Below are positions 28,638 to 37,084 of a stretch of DNA of 64,000 nt, in pieces (positions within the stretch are counted from its first letter, which is position 1; each line of letters begins with the position of its first letter). The stretch is taken from positions 3,392,001 to 3,456,000 of the forward strand of contig CBDDPY010000002.1 of NCBI GenBank assembly GCA_965232515.1. Direction: 5' to 3'. The stretch comes from Alphaproteobacteria bacterium. Its GTDB lineage: Bacteria; Pseudomonadota; Alphaproteobacteria; GCA-2731375. The notes under the pieces are model-generated. The model did no database searches, was not told the origin of the DNA, and saw nothing but the letters and a program-made list of their open reading frames with translations. Made by a program: the position numbers and the translations under genes.

Positions 28638-28711
28638 CGCTCACGGCAGCGGACCTAACGGTCCGCGCCTGCGCGGGCGCGCCGGACGACCGGCGGGCCG
28701 CAGTCGCGGCC
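28638..28711 (+). repeat. Dispersed multi-hairpin repeat, copy A
   Basis: CGCTCACGGCAG-GGACC/GGTCC-...-GCCGG/CCGGC-GGCCGC/GCGGCC; second copy at 61988-62062. Confidence 0.8.
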
Positions 28712-28771
28712 TGGTATAGTTTTGTTTGGGCGCGCTACGGCGACGAAGAACGACGAGTGGGAGGAATTCGC

Positions 28772-30463
28772 ATGCATGACCTGGTGATCACCAACGCCTC
28801 GATCTGCGACGGCCTGGGCAACCCCGCTTTCGAGGGCAGCCTGGCCGTGAAAGACGGCCGCATCGCGATGATCGGCGCCAAGGGCGACGACCTGGGCGCG
28901 GCGGCCGAGACCGTGGACGCCCAAGGCCTGACGCTGGCGCCGGGGATCATCGACATCCACACGCATTACGACGCGCAGCTGACCTGGGACGCTTACGCGA
29001 CGCCGTCGAGCGGGCTTGGCGTCACCACCGTGGTGATCGGCAATTGCGGCTTCACCATCGCGCCCTGCAAGCGGGGCGACCGCGATATCACCATGCGCAA
29101 CCTGACCCATGTGGAAGGCATGTCGCTGGAGGCCATGCGGGCCGGCATCGAATGGGACTTCGAGAGCTACGCCGATTATATGGACTCGCTGACGCGGCGC
29201 GGCGTGGTGCCGAACGTGGCGGCGTTCGTGGGCCATTCCTCGGTGCGGACGTTCGTGCTGGGCGCGGACGCGTCGAAACGCGCGGCGACGCCGGACGAGG
29301 TGGCGCGGATGAAGCAGATCGTGCGCGAGGCGATTGCGGCCGGCGCCGTCGGCTTCGCGACCTCGACGCTGGAACAGCATAACGGCGAAGGCGGCGTGCC
29401 GATGCCGTCGCGGCTGGCCGACGATCACGAGATGCTGGAGCTGACCGGGGCGCTGGGCGAGGCCGGGCGCGGCGTCTTCATGCTGACCAAGGGCACGCGG
29501 TCGGATATTCCGTGGCTCGAGAACATCGCCGCCAACAACGGCCGGCCGGTGATGATCGCCGCCATGTTCATCGATCCGGGCGACCCGGAGCGGGTGTTCC
29601 GCGAGCTCGGTGAGATTGCCGAGGCCAATGGGCGCGGCCGCGAGCTGATCGGCCAAGTCGGCTGCTTCCCGCTGGGCATGGAGTTCACCATGCGCCACCC
29701 CTACCCGCTGGAAGCGCTGATCGCCTGGCGGCCGGCGATGGAGGCGGAAGGTACCGACGACTACAAGCGCGTGCTGGCCGATCCCGCCTTCCGCCAGGGC
29801 CTGCGCGACGAGGTCGCGGTGCCGGGCGTGCCGAACCGCTTCACCAACCAGTGGGACACCATGTTCATTGCCGAGGTCGGCAAGCCCGAGCACCAGCACC
29901 TCGTCGGCAAATCGGTGGGCGAAATGGCGCGCGCCGAGGGCAAGGACAATTTCGACTGGTTCCTGGACTTCGGCCTCGCCGACGACCTCGACACGCTGTT
30001 CCAGGTCAGCCTGTTCAACATCGACGAGGACAACGTCATCCACCTGCTGAAGCATCCGAACGCGGCGGTGGCGCTGTCGGACGCGGGCGCGCACCTGTCG
30101 TTCCTGTGCGACGCCGGTTTCGGACTGCACCTGATGGGCCACTGGGCGCGCGAGCGCGGCGACCTGAGCCTGGAGGAAGCGGTACGGATGGTCACCAGCC
30201 GGGCGGCCGATGTGTATCGCATCAAGGACCGCGGGCGCCTCGTGCCCGGCGCCTGGGCCGACCTGATGCTGTTCGACCCGGCCACCGTCGGCCGCGGCGA
30301 GAAGCGGAAGGTGAACGACCTGCCGACCGGCGCCGTGCGCCTGGACACGCCGGCTGTCGGCCTGCACGGCGTCTGGATCAACGGCGTCCGCACCTTCGAT
30401 GCCGACGGCGTGATCCAGGACTGCGGCCGGCCGGGTCAGGTGTTGCGGGACTTCGCGGCCTAG
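28772..30463 (+). CDS. N-acyl-D-amino acid deacylase family amidohydrolase
   Basis: PGIIDIHTHYDAQ, GNCGF..AP, SDAGAH, DRGRL.PG..AD; GGAGG RBS. Confidence 0.92.
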   Translation: MHDLVITNASICDGLGNPAFEGSLAVKDGRIAMIGAKGDDLGAAAETVDAQGLTLAPGIIDIHTHYDAQLTWDAYATPSSGLGVTTVVIGNCGFTIAPCKRGDRDITMRNLTHVEGMSLEAMRAGIEWDFESYADYMDSLTRRGVVPNVAAFVGHSSVRTFVLGADASKRAATPDEVARMKQIVREAIAAGAVGFATSTLEQHNGEGGVPMPSRLADDHEMLELTGALGEAGRGVFMLTKGTRSDIPWLENIAANNGRPVMIAAMFIDPGDPERVFRELGEIAEANGRGRELIGQVGCFPLGMEFTMRHPYPLEALIAWRPAMEAEGTDDYKRVLADPAFRQGLRDEVAVPGVPNRFTNQWDTMFIAEVGKPEHQHLVGKSVGEMARAEGKDNFDWFLDFGLADDLDTLFQVSLFNIDEDNVIHLLKHPNAAVALSDAGAHLSFLCDAGFGLHLMGHWARERGDLSLEEAVRMVTSRAADVYRIKDRGRLVPGAWADLMLFDPATVGRGEKRKVNDLPTGAVRLDTPAVGLHGVWINGVRTFDADGVIQDCGRPGQVLRDFAA

Positions 30464-30493
30464 CGCGGGCTGCCCTTCGACATTCGATGGCCG

Positions 30494-30600
30494 ATCCTTC
30501 GAGACGCGCCCTTACGGGCGCTCCTCAGGATGAGGTTTGCATTTTATATCAACGCCTTACCTCATGCTGAGGAGGTCCCGGAGGGACCGTCTCGAAGCAT
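30494..30600. repeat. REP/RIME-like inverted-pair element between convergent genes
   Basis: CTTCGAGACG...CTCCTCAGGATGAGG paired with CCTCATGCTGAGGAG...CGTCTCGAAG. Confidence 0.8.
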
Positions 30601-30613
30601 GCGATATCGCCCG

Positions 30614-30949
30614 CTAGACCAGCGGCACGAAGTCGTAGTCGCCGACGCCCTGCAGGATCAGGAAGGTGGCCGACGTGTCGCCGGCATTGGTGACGAGGTG
30701 CGGCCGGCGGGGTTCGACGGCATAGCTCTCGCCCGGCTCGAGCGTCAGCTCGGCCTTGGGGTTCTGCAGGAAGATACGCAGGCGGCCCTCGAGGACGTAG
30801 AAGGTATCGCTGATCTGGCTGTGATAGTGCCAGGGCACCTTCTGGGTCGGCGAGAGGCGGATTTCGTTGATACGGAAGCCGGGGCGTTCGGCATGCCGCG
30901 CACGGTATTCGACCTCGTAGAGATGGCTGGCGTCCGTTACCGCTTCCAT
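30614..30949 (-). CDS. Cupin domain protein
   Basis: PWHYHSQISDTFYVLEG and PRRPHLVTN; GGAG RBS before MEAVTDAS. Confidence 0.85.
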   Translation of the reverse strand: MEAVTDASHLYEVEYRARHAERPGFRINEIRLSPTQKVPWHYHSQISDTFYVLEGRLRIFLQNPKAELTLEPGESYAVEPRRPHLVTNAGDTSATFLILQGVGDYDFVPLV

Positions 30950-31016
30950 GGTCGATGCTCCTGTTCCGTTCGGATCAGGATCGGTCGAAACGCCGGCGAC
31001 GGCAATAGATGCGCGG

Positions 31017-31808
31017 TCAGCGGCCGGCATAGGCGGGCGCGCGGCGGGCCTGCCAGGCGTCGAGGCCCTCGCGCAGGTCGTGGCTCGGAACCAGGCGGGC
31101 GAACTGTTCGCTCTCCGTCTGCAGGCCTTCGGCGATGCCCATGTTGAGGCCGCGCGTGACCGCGGTGATGATGCCAGCGATGGCCAGCGGCGAATGCCGC
31201 AGGATGCGTTCGGCGAGCGCGCGGGCAGCGGGCAGCAGGTCGTCGTGCGGCACGACCTGGTTGACGAGGCCGAGGTCCAGCGCCGTCTCGGGCGAAAAGC
31301 TGTCGCCGGTGAGCAGCCGTTCGAGCGCCCGCTTGCGGCCGGCGAGGCGGGGCAGGCGTTGCGTGCCGCCGAAGGTCGGCGGCATGCCGAGCGCGATCTC
31401 CGGCTTGGCGAACGACGCGCGGTCGCTGGCAATGGCGAGATGCACGGCCTCGGTGATCTCGCAGCCGCCGCCATAGGCGAGGCCGTTGACGGCGGCGATC
31501 ACCGGCTTGACGAAGGCTTCGAGCCGCGCGGTCATGGCCTGACCGCGGCGGACGAAGTCGCGCACCGCGGCATTCGGGCCGGCCGCGACGCTCTGCGAGA
31601 ACTCGGCGATGTCGGCGCCGGCGGAAAACGCGCGATCGCCGGCGCCGGTGACGATGATGACGCCAACGTTGGGGTCCGTCTCCAGGCGGTCGAGCGCCGC
31701 CATCAACGCATCGGCCATGGCGTAGTTGATGGCGTTCAGCTTCGCCGGACGGTTCAGGGTGAGGGTGGCGATGCCGTCGGCGATCTCGCAGAGAACGGGG
31801 CTCGACAT
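31017..31808 (-). CDS. Enoyl-CoA hydratase/crotonase family protein
   Basis: LNRPAKLNA, AFSAGADI, GGGCE, PEI.LG..P.FGGTQRLPR. Confidence 0.93.
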   Translation of the reverse strand: MSSPVLCEIADGIATLTLNRPAKLNAINYAMADALMAALDRLETDPNVGVIIVTGAGDRAFSAGADIAEFSQSVAAGPNAAVRDFVRRGQAMTARLEAFVKPVIAAVNGLAYGGGCEITEAVHLAIASDRASFAKPEIALGMPPTFGGTQRLPRLAGRKRALERLLTGDSFSPETALDLGLVNQVVPHDDLLPAARALAERILRHSPLAIAGIITAVTRGLNMGIAEGLQTESEQFARLVPSHDLREGLDAWQARRAPAYAGR

Positions 31809-31901
31809 GGGTGACGCTCCTTGATTACGGAAGGAGCGTCACCCTCGCGCCGGATGCCCCGCCCGGCAATCGCCGAATATTCAACCGACGATGACGCGTT
31901 T

Positions 31902-32792
31902 TCATGCCCGACGCCGCTTCATCTCGGCGGCGAGGCGGTCGGCGAGACCGGGGCTGACCTCGGTCATCGGCAGGCGGACCTCGGGCGACGCGATCAGGCC
32001 GGCGCGCCAGAGGCAGTGCTTGATCGGCGCCGGGCTGGGCTCGGCGAACAGCAGGCGGGCGAGATCGACGAGGTCGCGCCACAGGCGCAGCGCGCCCGGC
32101 TGATCGCCGGCGATCAACGCGTCGCGGACGGCGGCGAAGGCCGCGGTCTCGATATGGGCCGAGGCGAGAATGCCACCGTCGGCGCCCTGGGTGAGCGCCG
32201 TATAGAACAGGGCGTCCTCGCCGGTCAGCACGCTGAATCCGGGCGGCCGGTCGCGCAGCAGGTCGAAGGACTGCGCCGCGTTCACGCAGCAGTCCTTGAC
32301 GCCGACGATATTCGGGAGCTCGGCCAGGCGCAGCAGTGTCTCGTTCGCGAGGTTGACGCCGGTGCGGTAGGGGATGTTGTAGAGCACGACCGGACGGTCG
32401 GTGCGGCCGGCGAGCGTGGCGAAGTGGCGGTAGAGGCCTTCCTGCGGCGGCCGGCTGTAGTAGGGACAGGTGATGAGATAGCCGTCGACCGGCCAGGTCT
32501 CGGCGCGGTCGAGCGCCGCGGTCAGCCGGCGGGTATCGCTGCCGGAGAGGCCGAGGAACACCGGCCGCCGGCCGTTCACCGTCTCCGTTGCGATGGCGGC
32601 CAGGCGCTCGGTCTCGGCGTCGTCGATGGTGAGGCCCTCGCCCGTGGTCGCGGCCATGATGAAACCGTCGACCGGCTGGTCGAGGTAGTGCGCGATCAGG
32701 CGCGTGAGCGAGGTTTCGTCAAGACGTCCGTCGTTGAACGGCGTGATCAGCGGCAGCCAGAGGCCCTGTATCGGTGTGGTTTGCTGTTGCAT
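31902..32792 (-). CDS. dapA: 4-hydroxy-tetrahydrodipicolinate synthase
   Basis: ATTGE, PYY.RP, LYNIPYRTG and GVKD (Schiff-base Lys) catalytic motifs all present. Confidence 0.85.
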   Translation of the reverse strand: MQQQTTPIQGLWLPLITPFNDGRLDETSLTRLIAHYLDQPVDGFIMAATTGEGLTIDDAETERLAAIATETVNGRRPVFLGLSGSDTRRLTAALDRAETWPVDGYLITCPYYSRPPQEGLYRHFATLAGRTDRPVVLYNIPYRTGVNLANETLLRLAELPNIVGVKDCCVNAAQSFDLLRDRPPGFSVLTGEDALFYTALTQGADGGILASAHIETAAFAAVRDALIAGDQPGALRLWRDLVDLARLLFAEPSPAPIKHCLWRAGLIASPEVRLPMTEVSPGLADRLAAEMKRRRA

Positions 32793-32836
32793 GTGTCTGC
32801 TCCGGTTTGCGGCGCTGCCGGCGGAACGGACACTCG

Positions 32837-32871
32837 AAAAAAGAAACGGCCCCGTCCGGTCCGGCGGGGCC
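32837..32871 (-). terminator. Intrinsic terminator in the dapA 5' leader
   Basis: Minus strand reads GGCCCCG-CCGGACCGGA-CGGGGCC-G-TTTCTTTTTT, ending about 45 nt before the dapA ATG. Confidence 0.85.
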
Positions 32872-32897
32872 TGTCGATGGTCGATGCGCCTATCGGC

Positions 32898-32975
32898 TTA
32901 GCGCGCGCAGAAACCTTCCGTCCCCGGGATGAGGAACGTTTTCAGTTTCAACGTCGTGGCGGGCCGATACCGCAT
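32898..32975 (-). CDS. Putative dapA leader peptide MRYRPATTLKLKTFLIPGTEGFCAR
   Basis: 26 codons from ATG to TAA, between the promoter and the terminator; Lys codons AAA at positions 10 and 12. Confidence 0.7.
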   Translation of the reverse strand: MRYRPATTLKLKTFLIPGTEGFCAR

Positions 32976-32981
32976 GGCCGC

Positions 32982-33009
32982 ATTCTCGCGGCATGCCGTG
33001 GAAAGTCAA
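32982..33009 (-). promoter_or_regulatory. Putative sigma70 promoter of the dapA leader
   Basis: Minus strand TTGACT-N16-GAGAAT, with the leader ATG after a 6-nt gap, consistent with a leaderless start. Confidence 0.55.
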
Positions 33010-33013
33010 TCGA

Positions 33014-34120
33014 CTAGACGGTGGCGCCGTAATCCGCCGGCAGGGCGACGTGCAGCAGCTCCAGATCGCCGCTGTCGCTGTTGAGCGCGTAAGTCATGTC
33101 GGCGGGAATCACAAAGGCGTCGCCGGGCGCCAACGCCTGCGGGTCGTCGCCGTCAGCGCTGAGCGTCGCGGCGCCGGTCAACACGAAGCCGAACAGGAAT
33201 TCAGCCGCGTGGCGGTGCGGCGGCAAGCCGCCGCCGGACGGGAAGCGGACCACACGCACATCGGCGAGGCCGTCGGTCGCGGCCGAGATGCCGATGTCGC
33301 GGGTTTCCGTGCCGTCGAAGCGCCAGGGACGCCACGTGGCGGTCGCGGCCTGGTGGCGGACGAAGCGCTGTCCGCCGAAGTCGCGGTCGGGCTTGACCAA
33401 AGATGTCGGCAGTTCGAGCGCGTGGTCGGCGCAGGTCAGGTGCTCGGCCGGGCAGCCGATCTCGACCACTTCCAGGCCGGGGGAGCATTCGACGACGCGG
33501 TGGCGGATCTCGGGCGGCTGCAGCACGCAGTCGCCGGCGAACATGCGGAACAGCGGCCCCTGATCCTCGTAGAGCAGATCGACCCAGCCCTTGTAGCAGT
33601 AGATCATCTGAAAGCGGATCTTGTGGAAGTGCACCATGTCGGGCACCGGGCCGCCGTCGGGGATGCGGATATGCGAGGCGATGAAGCGCCCGCCCTGACG
33701 GTCGGGAATGAGATCGCGGTACTGCATGCCGGCGCGACCGACGCCCCAGGCATCGGCGCCGTCGGTCATGCGGGTGACCACAAGGGATGGCGCCGGCGGC
33801 GGCAGGTCGAGCGGCGGGTCGGCGGCGACCAGCTCGATGCGCGTGCCGTTCGGCGCGGTCAGCGTCGGCGCGCCGTCAGCGAGATCGGACGGATTACCGC
33901 AATGCAGGCGGATCACGCCCGGCGCGCATTCGGCATCGCGGTCGAGACGCAGGCGCAAACCGTGGCCGGACAGCACGGCGACAGCCGGATCGTCGGCCGG
34001 AAAGACCACGTCGAGACGGAAGCCGAGACGCTCGCGGAAAAAGGCCAGCGTCTCGTCAAGGACGACGCACGGCAGCACGACTTCGGCCGCCGCGATTCCT
34101 CGGTCATCGGTTTCCGTCAC
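33014..34120 (-). CDS. Multi-domain protein: VOC-like N-terminus plus two cupin domains
   Basis: GRAGMQYRDLIP, VHFH...FQMIYC.KGW, QPPEIRHRV; second cupin H.H..EF.FGFVL.G. Confidence 0.82.
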   Translation of the reverse strand: MTETDDRGIAAAEVVLPCVVLDETLAFFRERLGFRLDVVFPADDPAVAVLSGHGLRLRLDRDAECAPGVIRLHCGNPSDLADGAPTLTAPNGTRIELVAADPPLDLPPPAPSLVVTRMTDGADAWGVGRAGMQYRDLIPDRQGGRFIASHIRIPDGGPVPDMVHFHKIRFQMIYCYKGWVDLLYEDQGPLFRMFAGDCVLQPPEIRHRVVECSPGLEVVEIGCPAEHLTCADHALELPTSLVKPDRDFGGQRFVRHQAATATWRPWRFDGTETRDIGISAATDGLADVRVVRFPSGGGLPPHRHAAEFLFGFVLTGAATLSADGDDPQALAPGDAFVIPADMTYALNSDSGDLELLHVALPADYGATV

Positions 34121-34148
34121 GTCAGTCCGGTCTCCTGCGCCGTTTCAA

Positions 34149-34589
34149 CTAACAGGTAACAACACTGTCCGCCGGCGTCACGCCGGCCGCCGCCCGGCGC
34201 ATGATACCGGAAATCGTGCCGTAGGCCGCGGTCCAAGCGGCTTCCGTTTCCGACGTCCAGGAGTCGCCCAGCCCGCGCTTCAGCGTCCAGAGCAGCGCGG
34301 CGCCGACCGTGTCGTAGTGCGCGCCGGTCACGCCGTAGCCGACATGGCGGCGGCCCAGATCCTCGATGGTCGGCACCAGGATCTCAAGATAGTCCAGGTT
34401 CTGCACGACGTGGGCGAGCGTCGCCACCAGCTTGTCGCGCTGCGCCGCCATGTCGGTCTCGCGGAACAGATCGCGGAGATCCGGATCGATCTCGAACAGC
34501 CGGTCGTAAAACAGCATGGCCGCGGTATCGGCGATGGGGGTCACCTGGTCCCAGGTCTCGCGTACGAGGCGTTTCTGATCGGGGGTCAT
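34149..34589 (-). CDS. Single-domain globin (copy 1)
   Basis: LFYDRLFEIDP..R.LF (TyrB10, PheCD1), Q..KL (GlnE7), LGRRHVGYGV (HisF8), Y..VG.ALLWTL. Confidence 0.93.
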   Translation of the reverse strand: MTPDQKRLVRETWDQVTPIADTAAMLFYDRLFEIDPDLRDLFRETDMAAQRDKLVATLAHVVQNLDYLEILVPTIEDLGRRHVGYGVTGAHYDTVGAALLWTLKRGLGDSWTSETEAAWTAAYGTISGIMRRAAAGVTPADSVVTC

Positions 34590-34617
34590 GTCGAAGCCCT
34601 CCTCTTATCGGCTGATG

Positions 34618-34836
34618 TCAGCGTTCGGCCTGCGCCTGAGCCGGCGCGTCGAGCCAGAAAAACTGCTTCACGGCGCGTTTGAGCCGGCGGAACAGACCGC
34701 CAAACAGGTCGTGCGCGGCGCGCGAGCGTTCGACGCGGGCCCGGCGATCGCCGTCGCGCAACAGCGCATCCCATTGCGCCGGGTTAAGCGATCGGACGTC
34801 GATCTTCCCGAGATCGAACTCATCATCGGCTTGCAT
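34618..34836 (-). CDS. Small hypothetical protein (72 aa), RSP_7527-like
   Basis: AGGAGG RBS; RRARVERSRA...LF..L amphipathic helix; lies between the LysR promoter and globin 1. Confidence 0.6.
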   Translation of the reverse strand: MQADDEFDLGKIDVRSLNPAQWDALLRDGDRRARVERSRAAHDLFGGLFRRLKRAVKQFFWLDAPAQAQAER

Positions 34837-34905
34837 CCCAGATCCTCCTTCTTGGGTTGTCCGTGGCCTCGCCAGCGGATGGGGAGGATTTAGCGGTTGC
34901 CGAAC

Positions 34906-34952
34906 TTCATGAAAAATGAATAATTAAGATGATTTCGTTCTCTTGGAGAGAT
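34906..34952. promoter_or_regulatory. LysR-type T-N11-A boxes in the divergent promoter
   Basis: TTCA-N7-TGAA at 34906-34920 and TTCTC-N5-GAGAT at 34938-34952. Confidence 0.55.
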
Positions 34953-34954
34953 TT

Positions 34955-35848
34955 ATGGACCTGTCGGATCTGCGCATCTTCCGCGCCGTCGTCGAGGCCG
35001 GCGGCATCACCGCCGCCGCGCGCCAGCTGCATCGCGTGCAGTCGAACGTCACGACGCGGGTGCGACAGCTGGAAGAGAACCTGGGCGTCGAGCTGTTCAT
35101 CCGCGAGGGCAAGAAGCTGCATTTGTCACCGGCGGGTCAGGTGCTGCTCGATTATGCCGACCGGCTGCTGACGCTGGCCGAGGAGGCCCGCAACGCGGTG
35201 CAGGACCCGAGCCCGCGCGGCCTGTTTCGGCTGGGCGGCATGGAGAGCACGGCCGCGGTGCGGCTGCCGGGGCCGCTCAGCACCTATCACCAGCGCTATC
35301 CGGAGGTGGAGCTGGAATTCCGCGACAGCAACCCGGTGCAGCTCGCAACCTGGGTTTTGGCGGGCGAACTCGATGCCGCATTCGTGGCGGAGCCCGTCCC
35401 CGATGCACCGTTCGAGAAGGCGCATGCGTTCGATGAGGAACTGGTGATCGTCGCATCGGCGCAGCAACAGCCAATCGACGTGGCCGATGACACGCCGCAG
35501 ACGATCGTCGCCTTCGAAAACGGTTGTCCCTATCGCAAGCGGTTGGAGACCTGGTACGAGGGACGCGGCGATATGCCGGTGCGCACCATCGAGATCTCGT
35601 CCTATCACGTGATGCTCGGCTGCGTCGCCGCCGGCATGGGCATGTCGATGTTGCCGCGCAGCGTGCTGAGCGCCTTTCCCGGACGAGACCGTCTCAGCGT
35701 CCACGCGCTGCCGTCGGGGCAGGAACGCGCGGAAATCGTGCTGATCTGGCGCAAGGGCGCCAATTCGCCGAAGATCGCCGCCCTGCTCGATATCCTGAAA
35801 GAGAACCAGGGCGACGATAAATCCAGCCTGGCCGTGACGGCCGCGTGA
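34955..35848 (+). CDS. LysR family regulator (YneJ/PtrR-like)
   Basis: GGITAAARQLHRVQSNVTTRVRQLE, MESTAAVRLP, GCPYR. Confidence 0.93.
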   Translation: MDLSDLRIFRAVVEAGGITAAARQLHRVQSNVTTRVRQLEENLGVELFIREGKKLHLSPAGQVLLDYADRLLTLAEEARNAVQDPSPRGLFRLGGMESTAAVRLPGPLSTYHQRYPEVELEFRDSNPVQLATWVLAGELDAAFVAEPVPDAPFEKAHAFDEELVIVASAQQQPIDVADDTPQTIVAFENGCPYRKRLETWYEGRGDMPVRTIEISSYHVMLGCVAAGMGMSMLPRSVLSAFPGRDRLSVHALPSGQERAEIVLIWRKGANSPKIAALLDILKENQGDDKSSLAVTAA

Positions 35849-35849
35849 C

Positions 35850-36296
35850 TTAAGGCCGGTTGTCGTTCGACGTTTCGTAGACGGGTTCGGCCGACGCCGC
35901 GTCGCGCATGATGTCGGCAACCGTCGTGTAGGCGTCCGTCCAGGCCAATTCCGCTTCCGGTGTCCAGGCCGCGCCCAAGCCCTGCGCCAAGGTCCAAAGC
36001 AGCGCCTGGCCAACGGTGTCGTACTGCGCATCGGTGACGCCGTAGCCCACATGTCGGCGACCAAGGTCCTCGATCGCCGGCACCATCGACTCGAGGTCGT
36101 CCAGATTGTCGACGACGGCGCTGAGCGTCGCCATCAGCTTTTCGCGCTGCGCCGCCATGTCCGTGTCTTTGAACAGCGGCCGTGCGCTGGGATCGACTTC
36201 GAACAAGCGGTCATAAAACAGCCGGGCCGCCGTATCGGCGATCGGCGTCACCAGCGCCCAGGTCTCGCGCAGAATGCGTTTCTGCTCTGGCGTCAT
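35850..36296 (-). CDS. Single-domain globin (copy 2)
   Basis: Same globin motifs as copy 1; long identical blocks such as VTPIADTAA, LFYDRLFE, TDMAAQR and IEDLGRRHVGYGVT. Confidence 0.93.
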   Translation of the reverse strand: MTPEQKRILRETWALVTPIADTAARLFYDRLFEVDPSARPLFKDTDMAAQREKLMATLSAVVDNLDDLESMVPAIEDLGRRHVGYGVTDAQYDTVGQALLWTLAQGLGAAWTPEAELAWTDAYTTVADIMRDAASAEPVYETSNDNRP

Positions 36297-36459
36297 GTCG
36301 GATCACTCCATGTCTTGTGCGGTGCGTCCGCACAGGGAACGCGATCAGACGTGCACGGGTCGTGCACCAACGATGGGACGCTTCGATGGCAACCGCCCAG
36401 CACATCGACAACGCATGTTCGAGACTAAGCTTCGGCGCTCGGACGGCTTGTGAACGGCG

Positions 36460-37056
36460 TCACGCCGCCCGCGTGCAGAAATAACGGCCGTTCGACCGGT
36501 CGGCCGCGGTGGTTGTCGTGGCCTCGGCGAAGCCCGCGGCCAGAGCCTGCGCCTCGATCTCGGCCGGCCGGTAATGGCGTGCGCCGTCGGGTGGGGTTTC
36601 GTTGTAGCACAGCACCAAGCGGCCGCCGGCGGCCAGCACTCGACGGCATTCGCGCAACACGGCCGGCGTGTCGGGCCAAAAGTAGATGACGTTGACGGCA
36701 CAGACATGACTGAAGGCGCCATCCGCGAAGGGCATGACGGCGGCGTCACCCCGGTGCAGTTCCACGGCGCCGGCGTCGATGGCGCGGCGAAACCGCCGGC
36801 GGCCCGCGACGACGGCGGTGGCCGAATGTTCCAGGCCGACGATGCGCGGCGGCGCGGCCTGCGCCAGCAGGCGCTTGATCAGATCGCCGCCGCCGAAGCC
36901 GATCTCGAGTACGCGGTCGTCTGGCCTGGCCTGCAGAGTCTGCAGCGCCAGCCGGTTCATGCCGGCGTTGGACCAGTTCAGCATGTGCAGCAACAACCGG
37001 CCGCCGAAGCCGCTGGGATGGCCGAGCTGCCGGACGATACCCCGGCCCTGACTCAT
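36460..37056 (-). CDS. Class I SAM-dependent methyltransferase
   Basis: QLGHPSG, VLEIGFGGG, VNVIYFW, RVL..GG. Confidence 0.88.
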   Translation of the reverse strand: MSQGRGIVRQLGHPSGFGGRLLLHMLNWSNAGMNRLALQTLQARPDDRVLEIGFGGGDLIKRLLAQAAPPRIVGLEHSATAVVAGRRRFRRAIDAGAVELHRGDAAVMPFADGAFSHVCAVNVIYFWPDTPAVLRECRRVLAAGGRLVLCYNETPPDGARHYRPAEIEAQALAAGFAEATTTTAADRSNGRYFCTRAA

Positions 37057-37084
37057 GCCGCGAAATGGACTGAATGCGAGGCGA

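Noticed and set aside
32793-33013. Lysine riboswitch upstream of dapA
   Set aside because: Only about 105 nt lie between the predicted start and the terminator, too short for the aptamer, and I see no AGAGG-type L-box core. A leader ORF explains the region better.
34860-34895. Cuckoo-type sRNA (CCUCCCC on the minus strand) next to the small ORF
   Set aside because: A single partial motif with no repeated hairpin modules; not enough support.
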